From: Ostreococcus lucimarinus
Taxonomy: Eukaryota
Assembly (NCBI GenBank): GCA_000092065.1
Contig: CP000600.1
DNA: 64,000 nucleotides
Reading direction: 5' to 3' (one strand)
Shown here piece by piece: positions 36,516 to 46,200 of this stretch; position 1 is the first letter of the stretch; each line of letters opens with the position of its first letter. The translations under genes were made by a program, and so were the position numbers. Under the pieces are notes generated by a model. That model was not told the DNA's origin. It worked only from the letters and a program-made list of their open reading frames with translations, and searched no databases.

Positions 36516-37049
36516 ATGTTTCGCAAGTACCACGTCGACGGCGTGCAGCAGCTCAAATCCAGCGTCCAGCGCGGGATACGAGCGAAGATTTCCGACCAGT
36601 ATCCCGCCCTGGACGACGCCCTGGACGATTTGATGCCCAAGAAAGCCACCGTCGTCATCGGCAAGTGCGAACACAAAACCAACGTCGTGCTCGTCGACGA
36701 CGAGCCGCTGTTCTTCAATCAGCGCGATGGGCCGTACTTTCCGACGCTGCGCGTGTTACACAAGTACCCGGACATGATGCCCAAGCTCCGGGTGGACAAG
36801 GGAGCGATCAAGTTTGTGATTTCCGGCGCGAACATCATGTGCCCGGGGTTGACGTCGAGCGGGGCGACGATGCACGACGAATGCGAGGAAGACGAACCGG
36901 TGGCGATATACGCGGAAGGAAAGGAACACGCGCTGGCTGTGGGTATCACGAAGATGAGCACGGAGGCGATGCGGACGGTGAACAAAGGAATCGGGGTGGA
37001 TTTGGTGCACTATTTGAAGGATGGCTTGTGGGAAGCGACGGCGAAGTGA
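36516..37049 (+). CDS. MCTS1: MCTS1/Tma20 (translation re-initiation factor; DUF1947 + PUA domains).
   Basis: MFRKYHVDGVQQLKSSVQRGIRAKI...LFFNQRDGPYFPTLRVLHKYPDMMPKLRVDKGAIKFVISGANIMCPGLTS...GIGVDLVHYLKDGLW is collinear and highly similar to human MCTS1 over its full 177 aa. Confidence 0.92.
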   Translation: MFRKYHVDGVQQLKSSVQRGIRAKISDQYPALDDALDDLMPKKATVVIGKCEHKTNVVLVDDEPLFFNQRDGPYFPTLRVLHKYPDMMPKLRVDKGAIKFVISGANIMCPGLTSSGATMHDECEEDEPVAIYAEGKEHALAVGITKMSTEAMRTVNKGIGVDLVHYLKDGLWEATAK

Positions 37050-37227
37050 GAAAACGAGTCGGCGAGCGCGAACGCATTTGTAGAAACTAGATGAATATAT
37101 TTATAGAGACGAAACGTTCGTGTGAGAGTGTGTATCTAACTAATCGAGCCTCGAGTCGAGAGGACTCGTTCGCCGCCGTCGCCATCCCAAGCCGCTCCCG
37201 CGCGCCGCCTCGCAATCGACCGACCCG

Positions 37228-37848
37228 TCAGTCGTTATTCTTCAACCCGCCTGACCCGCCCGCGCTCGCGCCCGCAAACTTCGGCTTCCCCGTCGTGAAC
37301 GGCACGTATTTATGCTTAATCATGTGCTTCACCTGCTGTTTCATCGTCATGAAAAACAACATGATGAAGTACATTAACAAAATCGGCCAAAACACCGGTA
37401 TGTCGAACATCGGCATAAACGTCATCGCGAACGCCGTCCCGATCGACTTCAAGCTCATCCACCAAAACTTAAACTCCGGCAATCGCCGCACGAACGGTTT
37501 GAATTCTTGTTCGTTGCTCGTCGGCAGCGACGGTCCATCGTCGCCGTCGTTCGACGCGCGCAGCGATTCGGGATCGTTTCGCGGGCTCAGAAATCCAATC
37601 AACAGGTTCAGGTTATAGATCCCCAGCCCGTACGTCACGATGTAGTACCCCCGCAGAAAGTACGCGCGAATCGCGTACACCAGCGCGACGCACGCGTACG
37701 CGCTCCACCGTTCGGCGCGCTTCGGGACAGATTTATCGAGAAAGATTTGAAGACGCTGCGCGAGTTTCGCCTGCGCGCGCGCCAACGGCGAGGACGATTC
37801 GTCCGTCGGCGCGCTCGCGCCGTACGCGTACGATTCCCCCGGGTTCAT
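37228..37848 (-). CDS. RER1: RER1 (retrieval receptor for ER membrane proteins).
   Basis: ATG at 37848. YYIVTYGLGIYNLNLLIGFLSP, DGDDGPSLPT, FKPFVRRLPEFKFW and VFWPILLMYFIMLFFMTMKQQVKHMIKHKYVPF are nearly identical to the RER1 core motifs. Confidence 0.9.
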   Translation of the reverse strand: MNPGESYAYGASAPTDESSSPLARAQAKLAQRLQIFLDKSVPKRAERWSAYACVALVYAIRAYFLRGYYIVTYGLGIYNLNLLIGFLSPRNDPESLRASNDGDDGPSLPTSNEQEFKPFVRRLPEFKFWWMSLKSIGTAFAMTFMPMFDIPVFWPILLMYFIMLFFMTMKQQVKHMIKHKYVPFTTGKPKFAGASAGGSGGLKNND

Positions 37849-37933
37849 CGCGCGTCTCCCGGCGCGCACCGCGGCGCCGTGTGCCGCGCGGCGCGCTCGA
37901 ACGCGCTCGAACGTCCACTCGCGAATCGTCACG

Positions 37934-38704
37934 ATGCGACGCGCGCCGCCCGTCGCCGACGCGCCGCTGCGTCGCGCCGCGACCGGCGCGCTCGTCGTCG
38001 TCGATGACTTCCTGCCGCGCGCGACGGCGGCGCGCATGCGACGCGAGCTCGAGCGCGCGCCCGAAAGCGCGTGGGACCGCGCGGACGCGAACGACGACGA
38101 CGACGCGGAGGACGTCGCGCACGCGTTCGACGCCTCCACGGCGGTGCGCGCGGTGAGCGCGTTCACGAGCGTCGGGTTCGAGATGCAGCGCGCGGCCGAG
38201 GACGACGCGCGCGCGCGCGAGGACGACGACGACGAGGATTGGCGCGCGCTGGTGCCGAGCTTCACCGCGAGTCGATACGCGAACGGACATAAGATCGATC
38301 CGCACGACGACGCGGCGTACGCGCCCGTCGAGCTGGCGAACGGTGGATTCGAGATGCACCTGCGCGCGTACGCGGTGGCGTATTACTTGACCCCGGATGA
38401 TTGGGACGTCGAACGCGACGGCGGCGCGTTCGTCGACATGGACGACGAGACGGCGCCGGGAAAGACGATCGAGCCCAAGTTTAATCGATTGGTCGTGTTC
38501 AAGGTGCCTCGCGTGCACGCGGTGGCGCCGGTGACGTCCGAAAATCGGCGACGACACGCCATCTTCGGATGGTTTTATCGGCCCGCGCGCGAGGACGAGC
38601 TTCCGTCGAGCGACGCCGACGACGCGAGCGCGAGCGACGCGAGCGACGCGAGCGAGTCGCGCGCGCGGAAACGGAAACGGGCGCGTCGCGAGCGCGGTGA
38701 GTAG
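37934..38704 (+). CDS. 2OG-Fe(II) oxygenase (prolyl 4-hydroxylase-type double-stranded beta-helix) family protein. The stop codon lies inside a GTGAGT donor consensus, so a further 3' exon is possible.
   Basis: ATG at 37934, 86 bp from the divergent RER1 start. LVVVDDFLP, the HxD motif in YANGHKIDPHDD, the second His in KVPRVHAV and a C-terminal RxS-like RRHAIFGWFY. The sequence ends ...RRERGE with the stop TAG embedded in cggTGAGTAG. Confidence 0.6.
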   Translation: MRRAPPVADAPLRRAATGALVVVDDFLPRATAARMRRELERAPESAWDRADANDDDDAEDVAHAFDASTAVRAVSAFTSVGFEMQRAAEDDARAREDDDDEDWRALVPSFTASRYANGHKIDPHDDAAYAPVELANGGFEMHLRAYAVAYYLTPDDWDVERDGGAFVDMDDETAPGKTIEPKFNRLVVFKVPRVHAVAPVTSENRRRHAIFGWFYRPAREDELPSSDADDASASDASDASESRARKRKRARRERGE

Positions 38705-38830
38705 ATTCAGTAGTTTGGATTAGATGAGATTAGATGAGATTAGCTATTCGGTCGACGAGACGGCGCGTCCGGCGAAAAGTTCGAGCTCGCCGCGCTCGCG
38801 CTCGCCGCAGTCGTCGACTCGCGGCGACCG

Positions 38831-39916
38831 ATGCGTCGCGCGCTCGAGCGCGCGCTTCGCGAGCGCGCGCGCGATGCCGCGCGCGTCGACGCGCGCGCGG
38901 TGCTCGCGCGATGCGAGGCGTCGAGCGCGCGGGACGCGGCGTCGAGCGCGCGCGCGAGGCTCGCTCGGGCGACGACGACGACGCGCGCGATGGCGAGCGA
39001 CGCGCGCGGGCGCGACGCGGCGGTTCTGGCGTTCGCGCGCGTTCGTGGGTTCGCCGCGAGCGCGCGCGCGGAGACGGAGACGACGTCGACGCGCGACGAC
39101 GAAGGCGACGACGAAGGCGACGGCGACGACGAGACGACGGTGAACTCGAAACGAGAGCAGATGCGAGACGAAAGGAATTTCAACGCGCCCAACGCGCTGT
39201 GCGTGGGCAGAATTGTCGCCGGTCCCGCGCTGGCGTACGGCGTCGCGAGCGGCGCGTCGCCGGAACTCGTGCTCGGCGGCGTCGCGGCGGCGGCGTTTAC
39301 GGATTATTTGGATGGATTTCTCGCGAGACGGTGGAAGCAAGGGACGATTTTGGGGAGTTATCTCGACCCGATCGCGGATAAGGTGTTCGTTGGGTGCGTG
39401 GGGACGGCGTTGGCCTTGGAAGGGTCGCTTCCAGTGTGGCTCGTGGGGTTATTGGTGAGTCGCGACGCGATTCACGTCGTCGGCGGGGCGTGGCGACGCG
39501 CGGGCGCGTTGGGGTGGAAATGGAAAACCGTGGGAGAGTTTTTAGGATTTGACGATAAGCCCGTGAGTCGACCGCCGCCCACTGGAGCGGCCGCGCTCGC
39601 GGGGTTCGATTTTGACGAAGTCGAGCAGCTCGGGTCGAAGCGCGGGGCGCTGAGGCCGCTCTTCATCGGCAAGGTGAATACGGCGCTGCAAATGGCGCTC
39701 ATCACGTTCGCCGTGAGCGAACCAGTGTTCGCGGCGCATGCAGGATCGCCGATGATGGCGCCCGCGCTCGAGCTCGTAGCTGATAGAACAGTGCGCGTCA
39801 TTCTGGAATACGCCACGGCGGCGTCCGCCGTCGTCGCCACGGCTGAGTACACTCGCATCTTTCTCGCTCATCCCGGTTTCGACGCGGACGGGCAAATTAA
39901 AGTGAGGAAAAAGTAA
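38831..39916 (+). CDS. CRLS1-like: CDP-alcohol phosphatidyltransferase, cardiolipin synthase (CRLS1-type)-like, with an R/A-rich presequence.
   Basis: [19 protein letters not shown]...[33 protein letters not shown] contains the D(x2)DG(x2)AR(x8)G(x3)D(x3)D motif and aligns with eukaryotic cardiolipin synthase (TDLLDGFIARNW...GSALDPLADK). TM helices lie downstream. The N-terminal roughly 100 aa are low-complexity R/A-rich. Confidence 0.65.
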   Translation: MRRALERALRERARDAARVDARAVLARCEASSARDAASSARARLARATTTTRAMASDARGRDAAVLAFARVRGFAASARAETETTSTRDDEGDDEGDGDDETTVNSKREQMRDERNFNAPNALCVGRIVAGPALAYGVASGASPELVLGGVAAAAFTDYLDGFLARRWKQGTILGSYLDPIADKVFVGCVGTALALEGSLPVWLVGLLVSRDAIHVVGGAWRRAGALGWKWKTVGEFLGFDDKPVSRPPPTGAAALAGFDFDEVEQLGSKRGALRPLFIGKVNTALQMALITFAVSEPVFAAHAGSPMMAPALELVADRTVRVILEYATAASAVVATAEYTRIFLAHPGFDADGQIKVRKK

Positions 39917-40031
39917 GAGCGACGCGGCGGCGAACAAGTAGTACAGAATTCTGTGGTATTAGTAATGTAAGAAGTGAATTAGATGTGTGTAAGCGGCGCA
40001 TCTATGATTCGTCGAACATGAATGGACTCTT

Positions 40032-42182
40032 CTAGCGTGAGTCGTCGATGTCTCTCATGAATCGGTGAGTGGCTTCTTCTAGCGGAGTTCGTACAACACG
40101 AACGGATTCTCGCGTGAGACGATTGCGGATGCGCATCTTGACGGCGCGCGCTCGAGGCGCGCTCCAATTGTAGCATAGCATATTAGCACAAACCAAAGAT
40201 TCGCCAGGTTGAAGGTTTCGTACGTCGCTCAAGTTGGCTTCCTGCAGTGCCGCGTTACGTGCAATGTGATCAAACCAGCGCGCAGAGTTGAACTGGTGCA
40301 AAACGTGCACCGTCGCGAGCTCGACGAGGGCCTCAGGAATCGCGAATGGGCTCGTCGTGCCGACGACGAGACGCGTGTTTGTCCGATGCATCGTTCGAGC
40401 GGCGTTCACAAGTTGACCAGCAAATCCCGCTCGCGAGCCGAGGCTGAGCAACAGATCCGCGTCATCGATTACGATGAGCTTTTTCGGTGGGGAGCGTCGG
40501 TTCCGTGCGGTCCGTTTCAACGGGAGATCCATTTTTTGAAACATGCTGAGAGCGACTTGGAAGATGGCGTCTACAAAATCCGGCTCGTACTCCGAATGCG
40601 TCACGTCGACGACGTTGAGCGCGTCGACGAGCACGGCTTGTTCGAACACGCGCATCACTACGCCCTCGACGTGAACATTTTCGTAGTTTTCGTAGATGAA
40701 TGATTTGACTTGCTGCGCGCGCGCAAGGAGTAACTGTCCACGACTTCCATCTCTCTGGGCTCTAAAGCTGTCGCACAATCCTTCAAAAAATTGTTTGAAC
40801 GAAGTCCGGTGACGAATCATCTTCAAAATCTGCTCGTCATCTTCTATGCCGAGCATAATGCACAAGTGCTCGCTCGTGAGCGAATTCCATCCGAAAAGTA
40901 GTGGCGAAACCATTCCGACGAAACCATTCCGATCGTACTCGTCGCAGATTTCTGGAGCGCGACTTTCGATATGTTTGGGCGCCGAGAGCACTTTGACATT
41001 AGGCGCGCGACAGTTGGAATTTTTGCCACAGAGCGTTTCCAAATGTAGACTCAAGACGGATAACCCGAGAAAATTCGCAAGCGATGCATCTTTAGAAAAG
41101 GCGTCGGTCGTCGAAGTGCTAAACGTAATCGCCGTCGTCCAGTCCTGTGGCGGGTCAACCATTCCCTGACGCATCAAACAGTTTTCGACGAGTACATCGA
41201 CGGTGTGAGACGTACTCGCCCCGGGTGCGCCGTACACCAGACCACAGAACGGAATGCCGACGTCCATGAACATTTCTCTCTTATCGACGAATTCGTTTTG
41301 CGCAAAATGCTTCGGAACGTCGAACAGCGTTCCCAAGACGGCCATGTCTCGAGCCGTCTCGTCGACTCTGTCGTGGCTCACAAGCGTCGGACGCGCGTCT
41401 CTCCACGCGCGGCCGACTGACCTATCGCACATGTACGCCAACACACTCGCGGCGCCGGCGGACTTGTCTAAAGCGATAGGAGAGGAGTCCGTCCCGTGCT
41501 TCGGCGAAATCTCCGCGCTGTCGTCGAAAACCGGCGCAGGCGACCCCGATCGCTCGCTCCCGGCACTTTCCAGCGCATCATACACATTCCGCACTCGCAC
41601 CGGCGGCGGCGCCTTCTGTTCCACCACGCTCGCAAATTTCGCCGCCTTCGCCGTTTCCTTCGCCGCGTGCGCCAGTTCCTGATGTCGTCTCGTCCGCGCG
41701 TGTTGCAACCAATTATTCGCCAAATTCGCCTCTCCGCTGCCCCGAATCGTCACCGCGCACGTCTCGCACGTCCTCGTCGGGAATTCCAACGCCGATTCCC
41801 CCACCGTCGCGCGCGCTCTCCCTCCCGGCTCCCTCTTCTCGAGCTTCGTCCTTCGTCGCCGCTCCGCGTTCAGCAAGTGTTCCTCCGAGTTCGCGTGTCG
41901 CCCCCACGCCGCGAAGAACTGCTTCTTATCGTCCTCGTTCACCTCGAAGTTCTCGCACAGCGTGCACTTGCGATGGTACTCCCGCTTCGGCGTCGTCTCG
42001 CGCGTCGCGCCGTCGCCGTCGCCGCGGACGCGCGCGCCGCACGCGCCGTCCCGATGTTTCGCGAGCGCTAAACTCGCGAGCGTTTCCGACGCCCCGAAGC
42101 ACACCTCGCCGCACCGCTCGCACGACGCGCACCACGCGTCGTCGTCGTCGCTTTCGTCCGACGTCTCGCTCGACGCGCGCAT
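40032..42182 (-). CDS. Protein with three N-terminal C2H2/U1-matrin-type zinc fingers followed by a large domain with a degenerate P-loop (Walker A lacking the Lys) and a Walker-B-like hhhhDD motif. Family unassigned.
   Basis: ATG at 42182 (MRASSETSDESDDDDAWCASCERCGE). CxxC...H...H units appear in CASCERCGE..HRDGAC, CTLCENFE...HANSEEH and CETCAV...HARTRRH. Downstream are GLVYGAPGASTSHTVDVLVENC (Walker-A-like) and PPKKLIVIDDADLLLS (Walker-B-like). The R-rich first 190 residues of the track ORF are rejected. Confidence 0.5.
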   Translation of the reverse strand: MRASSETSDESDDDDAWCASCERCGEVCFGASETLASLALAKHRDGACGARVRGDGDGATRETTPKREYHRKCTLCENFEVNEDDKKQFFAAWGRHANSEEHLLNAERRRRTKLEKREPGGRARATVGESALEFPTRTCETCAVTIRGSGEANLANNWLQHARTRRHQELAHAAKETAKAAKFASVVEQKAPPPVRVRNVYDALESAGSERSGSPAPVFDDSAEISPKHGTDSSPIALDKSAGAASVLAYMCDRSVGRAWRDARPTLVSHDRVDETARDMAVLGTLFDVPKHFAQNEFVDKREMFMDVGIPFCGLVYGAPGASTSHTVDVLVENCLMRQGMVDPPQDWTTAITFSTSTTDAFSKDASLANFLGLSVLSLHLETLCGKNSNCRAPNVKVLSAPKHIESRAPEICDEYDRNGFVGMVSPLLFGWNSLTSEHLCIMLGIEDDEQILKMIRHRTSFKQFFEGLCDSFRAQRDGSRGQLLLARAQQVKSFIYENYENVHVEGVVMRVFEQAVLVDALNVVDVTHSEYEPDFVDAIFQVALSMFQKMDLPLKRTARNRRSPPKKLIVIDDADLLLSLGSRAGFAGQLVNAARTMHRTNTRLVVGTTSPFAIPEALVELATVHVLHQFNSARWFDHIARNAALQEANLSDVRNLQPGESLVCANMLCYNWSAPRARAVKMRIRNRLTRESVRVVRTPLEEATHRFMRDIDDSR

Positions 42183-42248
42183 CGAGCGTCGCGTCGCGCG
42201 GAGAGAAGTGACGCGCGGGGTCGTTGACCGAGATCGACACGACGACAG

Positions 42249-42980
42249 ATGACGACGCCCGCGATCGACGAGCTCGACGCCGCGCTCGCGCTCGCGGACG
42301 ACGCGCGCGCGGCGGTGGGCGACGTTCAACGCGCGCTGCGCGCGAACGGACGCGACGCGAGGGACGGCGATGCGGTGGCGAACGCGATCCGACGGCTCGC
42401 GCGAACGGCGGAAAAGATCGACGTAACGTGGCGCGCCGTCGTCGCGAGCGATGGGTATCGATCCATGGCGCGCGAGGACGCGTTGGAAGACGGCGAGGCG
42501 CGCGAGGCGCGCGCGGGCGCGCGCGCGCGCGAAGGCGGTGATGGCGACGGGAAGGGCGCGAGCGGTTTGGCGGCGAGCGCGCGCGAGGCGAACGCGCGAG
42601 GCGGCGTGCGAGCGGAAACGTCCGCGGACGACGACGGAACCCTCGTGCGCGTGATCGCGCCCGGTGCGTTCGACGCGCGATGGCGCGCGAACGATCCCGC
42701 GAACGCGGCGACGACGACGGCGCGCGCCGTCGACGGCGGCGTCACCGCCGCGCACGCCGCGCTCTCCGACCGGTTACTCGAATTCGCCGCCGACGCGCTC
42801 GCGCGCGCGGGCGACGCCGAGGCGGCATCGATAGAAATACTCGCCTGGCTCGAGGATCTTCGCGACGTGTTCGTCGTCCCAGATTTCGCGAGCGGCGGCC
42901 GCGTGCTCGCGCCGGACCCGTCTCGCGGCGGCGTCCTCGTCCCCGGTCGCCTCCTCCCCGGTCGCGTCGCTCGCGCGTGA
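42249..42980 (+). CDS. Hypothetical protein (243 aa, Ala/Arg/Asp-rich), divergent from the zinc-finger gene (66 bp between start codons).
   Basis: ATG-initiated ORF with a non-repetitive segment ([30 protein letters not shown]...[23 protein letters not shown]). No homology recognised. It could be a GC-bias ORF. Confidence 0.3.
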   Translation: MTTPAIDELDAALALADDARAAVGDVQRALRANGRDARDGDAVANAIRRLARTAEKIDVTWRAVVASDGYRSMAREDALEDGEAREARAGARAREGGDGDGKGASGLAASAREANARGGVRAETSADDDGTLVRVIAPGAFDARWRANDPANAATTTARAVDGGVTAAHAALSDRLLEFAADALARAGDAEAASIEILAWLEDLRDVFVVPDFASGGRVLAPDPSRGGVLVPGRLLPGRVARA

Positions 42981-43275
42981 CGTCGCGTGTAATCGACGCA
43001 TCGCGCCCCCTTTCCATCGCTCGCGCGCGCCGCCGTCTCGTCTCGCGTCGCGCGCCGCGTCGATCGACCCCCCTCGTCGACCGACTCATCGACCGTTAGT
43101 CGTCGGTGCGGTGCAAATCTCATCTCGTCGCGACGGTTCAGGACTCGTCGAACGGATTCGTCAACCGTTCACGGGCCGCGCCCTGTCGCACACCGCGCCG
43201 TCGCCGTCGACGACGACGGCGACGCGCGCGCGCGCGAGCCGCGGACTCTCGGACGGGACGCGTCGCCGTCGCGAG

Positions 43276-46200
43276 ATGGACGCGCGGACGCGCCGCGACG
43301 CCGCGACGCGCGCGCGACGCGAATGCATCGCCCGCGGCCGCGGCGACAACGGCCGCGCGCGCGCGCGCGATGACGCGCGAGGAAGGACGCGCGAGGCGAA
43401 GGGACGGCCGGCGGCGCGCGCGATGGGGGCGAGGCGAACGCGCGGATCGGGACGACGCGGGACGAATCGGCGCGGCGCGGCGCTGGCGACGGCGCTGGCG
43501 ATGGGTCTGACGCTCGCGGTCGAGGGGGCGACGTCGCCGTTTACGTCGCGCGGCGATTTAGATAACGCGATCATGGCGTGTCTGGCGGACGACGAAACGT
43601 TGGCGACGTGCAGGGACAGCGCCGCGACGCCGGTGCCGATTGGCTCGTGGGACGTCGCAGCCATCGTCGACATGTCGAGGTTGTTCGACTCCGGGTCCGT
43701 CGGACGCTTTGTGAACGTCGACATCGGTTTGTGGGACACGTCATCGGTGACCGACATGAACGCCATGTTCAAAGGTCAGACAAACTTCAACCAAGACCTC
43801 AGCACGTGGGACACGTCATCGGTGACGGACATGAGCGGTATGTTCCACGACGCGTCGAGTTTCAATCAGAACATCCCGACGTCGGGAGTACAATGGGACA
43901 CGTCACAAGTCGAGTTCTTTGATACGATGTTCAAAAACGCGGTGGCGTTCAATCAGGACATCAGCTCCTGGGTCGTCAGCGCCGCGGCAAACTTCAATTC
44001 CATGTTCTCTGGAGCGACGAGCTTCAACCAGGACATCACCGGATGGATTGGCGCCAGCGGTGCCTCCGCGGACAATATGTTCTCTGGAGCGACGGCGTGG
44101 CTCAACAACTACGGCCCGACCACAGCGGGCTCAACCACAACCGATGGTCCCGCGAGCGCGTGGGGCAAGTTATGCGCGGCGAACCAGCGCGTGGTTTCGA
44201 ACGCGTGCCAGGCGTGCCCCACCGGGAGCGTGCGCGCCGCGGGCGATAATGCAAAGGGAGTTGACACGGCGTGCGCGTGTCCCGCCAACCATTATTACGT
44301 CTCGGGCGGTGGGTGTTTGGCGTGCGCTAGCGGTCTGTTCCGTCTCGCGGGTGACGTTGCGCCCGGAGGACATACGGCGTGTACGTACGCGTCGCCGTTC
44401 ACGTTGAAGGCCGAACTCGTGAACACGATCGCGTCTTCGTACTGCCTGGGCGGCGCCGCCGCCCCCACCGGAGCTTCGTGTACGGACGGCAAGGGGTTGG
44501 GGATCGCGAATTGGGATGTCAGCGGTGTCAACGACATGGCGGGGTTGTTCCAAGCGTCCAGTTCTAGCTGGACCTCGACCACGTTCAACGCTGATTTGAG
44601 CCTGTGGGACACGTCGTCGGTGGTAGACATGAACAACATGTTCAACGGCGCGACGAGCTTTAACCAGGACATCAGCTCGTGGGACACGTCGTTGGTGGTG
44701 AACATGAACAACATGTTCAACGGCGCGACGAGCTTTAACCAGGACATCAGCTCGTGGGTGACGCAATCGGTGACGGACATGGGCGCGATGTTTGAAAACG
44801 CGGCGGCGTTCGACCAGCCCATCCCGAAGTCGGGATCACAGTGGGACACGACGTTGGTGAAGGACATGAGCAACATGTTCTTCGGCGCAGCGGCGTTTAA
44901 CCAAGACCTCAGCACGTGGGTGACGCAATCGGTGGTGGACATGAGCGCGATGTTTCAAAACGCGCCGCTCTTCAATTATAGTATGGTGACATCGGGTAGC
45001 GTTTGGGACACGTCGTCGGTGACAAACATGGACAACATGTTCAAAGACGCGGTGGCGTTCAACCAGGACATCAGCTCCTGGGTCGTCAGCGCCGTGGCAA
45101 ACTTCAATTCCATGTTCTCTGGAGCGAGGAGCTTCAACCAGGACATCACCAGATGGAATAGCGCCAGCGATGCCTCCGCGGACAATATGTTCTCTGGAGC
45201 GGTAGCGTGGATCACCGACTACGGCCCGATGACAGCGGGCTCAGTCGATGGTCCCGCGAGCGCGTGGGGCAAGATATGCGCGGCGAACCAGCGCATTGTT
45301 TCGAACGCGTGCCAGGCGTGCCCCACCGGGAGCGTGCGCGCCGCGGGCGATAATGCAAAGGGAGAGGACACGGCGTGCGCGTGTCCCGCCAACCATTATT
45401 ACGTCTCGGGCGATGGGTGTTTGGCGTGCGCTAGCGGTCTGTTCCGTCTCGCGGGTGACGTTGCGCCCGGAGGAGATACGGCGTGTACGTACGCGTCGCC
45501 GTTCACGTTGAAGGCCGAACTCGTGAACACGATCGCGTCTTCGTACTGCCTGGGCGCCGCCGCCGCCCCCTCCGGAGCTTCGTGTACGGACGGCAAGGGG
45601 TTGGGGATCGCGAATTGGGATGTCAGCGGTGTCAACGACATGGCGGGGCTGTTCCAAGCGTCCAGCTCTAGCTGGACCTCGACCACGTTCAACGCTGATT
45701 TGAGCTTGTGGAACACGTCGTCGGTGGTGAACATGAACAACATGTTCAACGGCGCGACGAGCTTTAACCAGGACATCAGCTCGTGGAACACGGCGTTGGT
45801 GACGGACATGAACAACATGTTCAACGGCGCGACGAGCTTTAACCAGGACATCAGCTCGTGGAACACGTCGTTGGTGGTGAACATGAACAACATGTTCAAC
45901 GGCGCGACGAGCTTTAACCAGGACATCCGCTCGTGGGTGACGTCGTCGGTGACGGACATGGGCGCGATGTTTGAAAACGCGGCGGCGTTCGACCAGCCCA
46001 TCCCGAAGTCGGGATCACAGTGGGACACGACGTTGGTGAAGGACATGAGCAACATGTTCTTCGGCGCAGCGGCGTTTAACCGAGACCTCAGCACGTGGGT
46101 GACGCAATCGGTGACGGACATGGGCGCGATGTTTCAAAACGCGCCGCTCTTCAATTATGGTATGGTGACATCGGGTAGCGTTTGGGACACGTCATCGGTG

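Noticed and set aside
35771-37090. The 439-aa plus-strand R-rich ORF overlapping the WD40 3' end and MCTS1.
   Set aside because: Arg about 30%, with no motifs. It overlaps two genes supported by strong homology in other frames.
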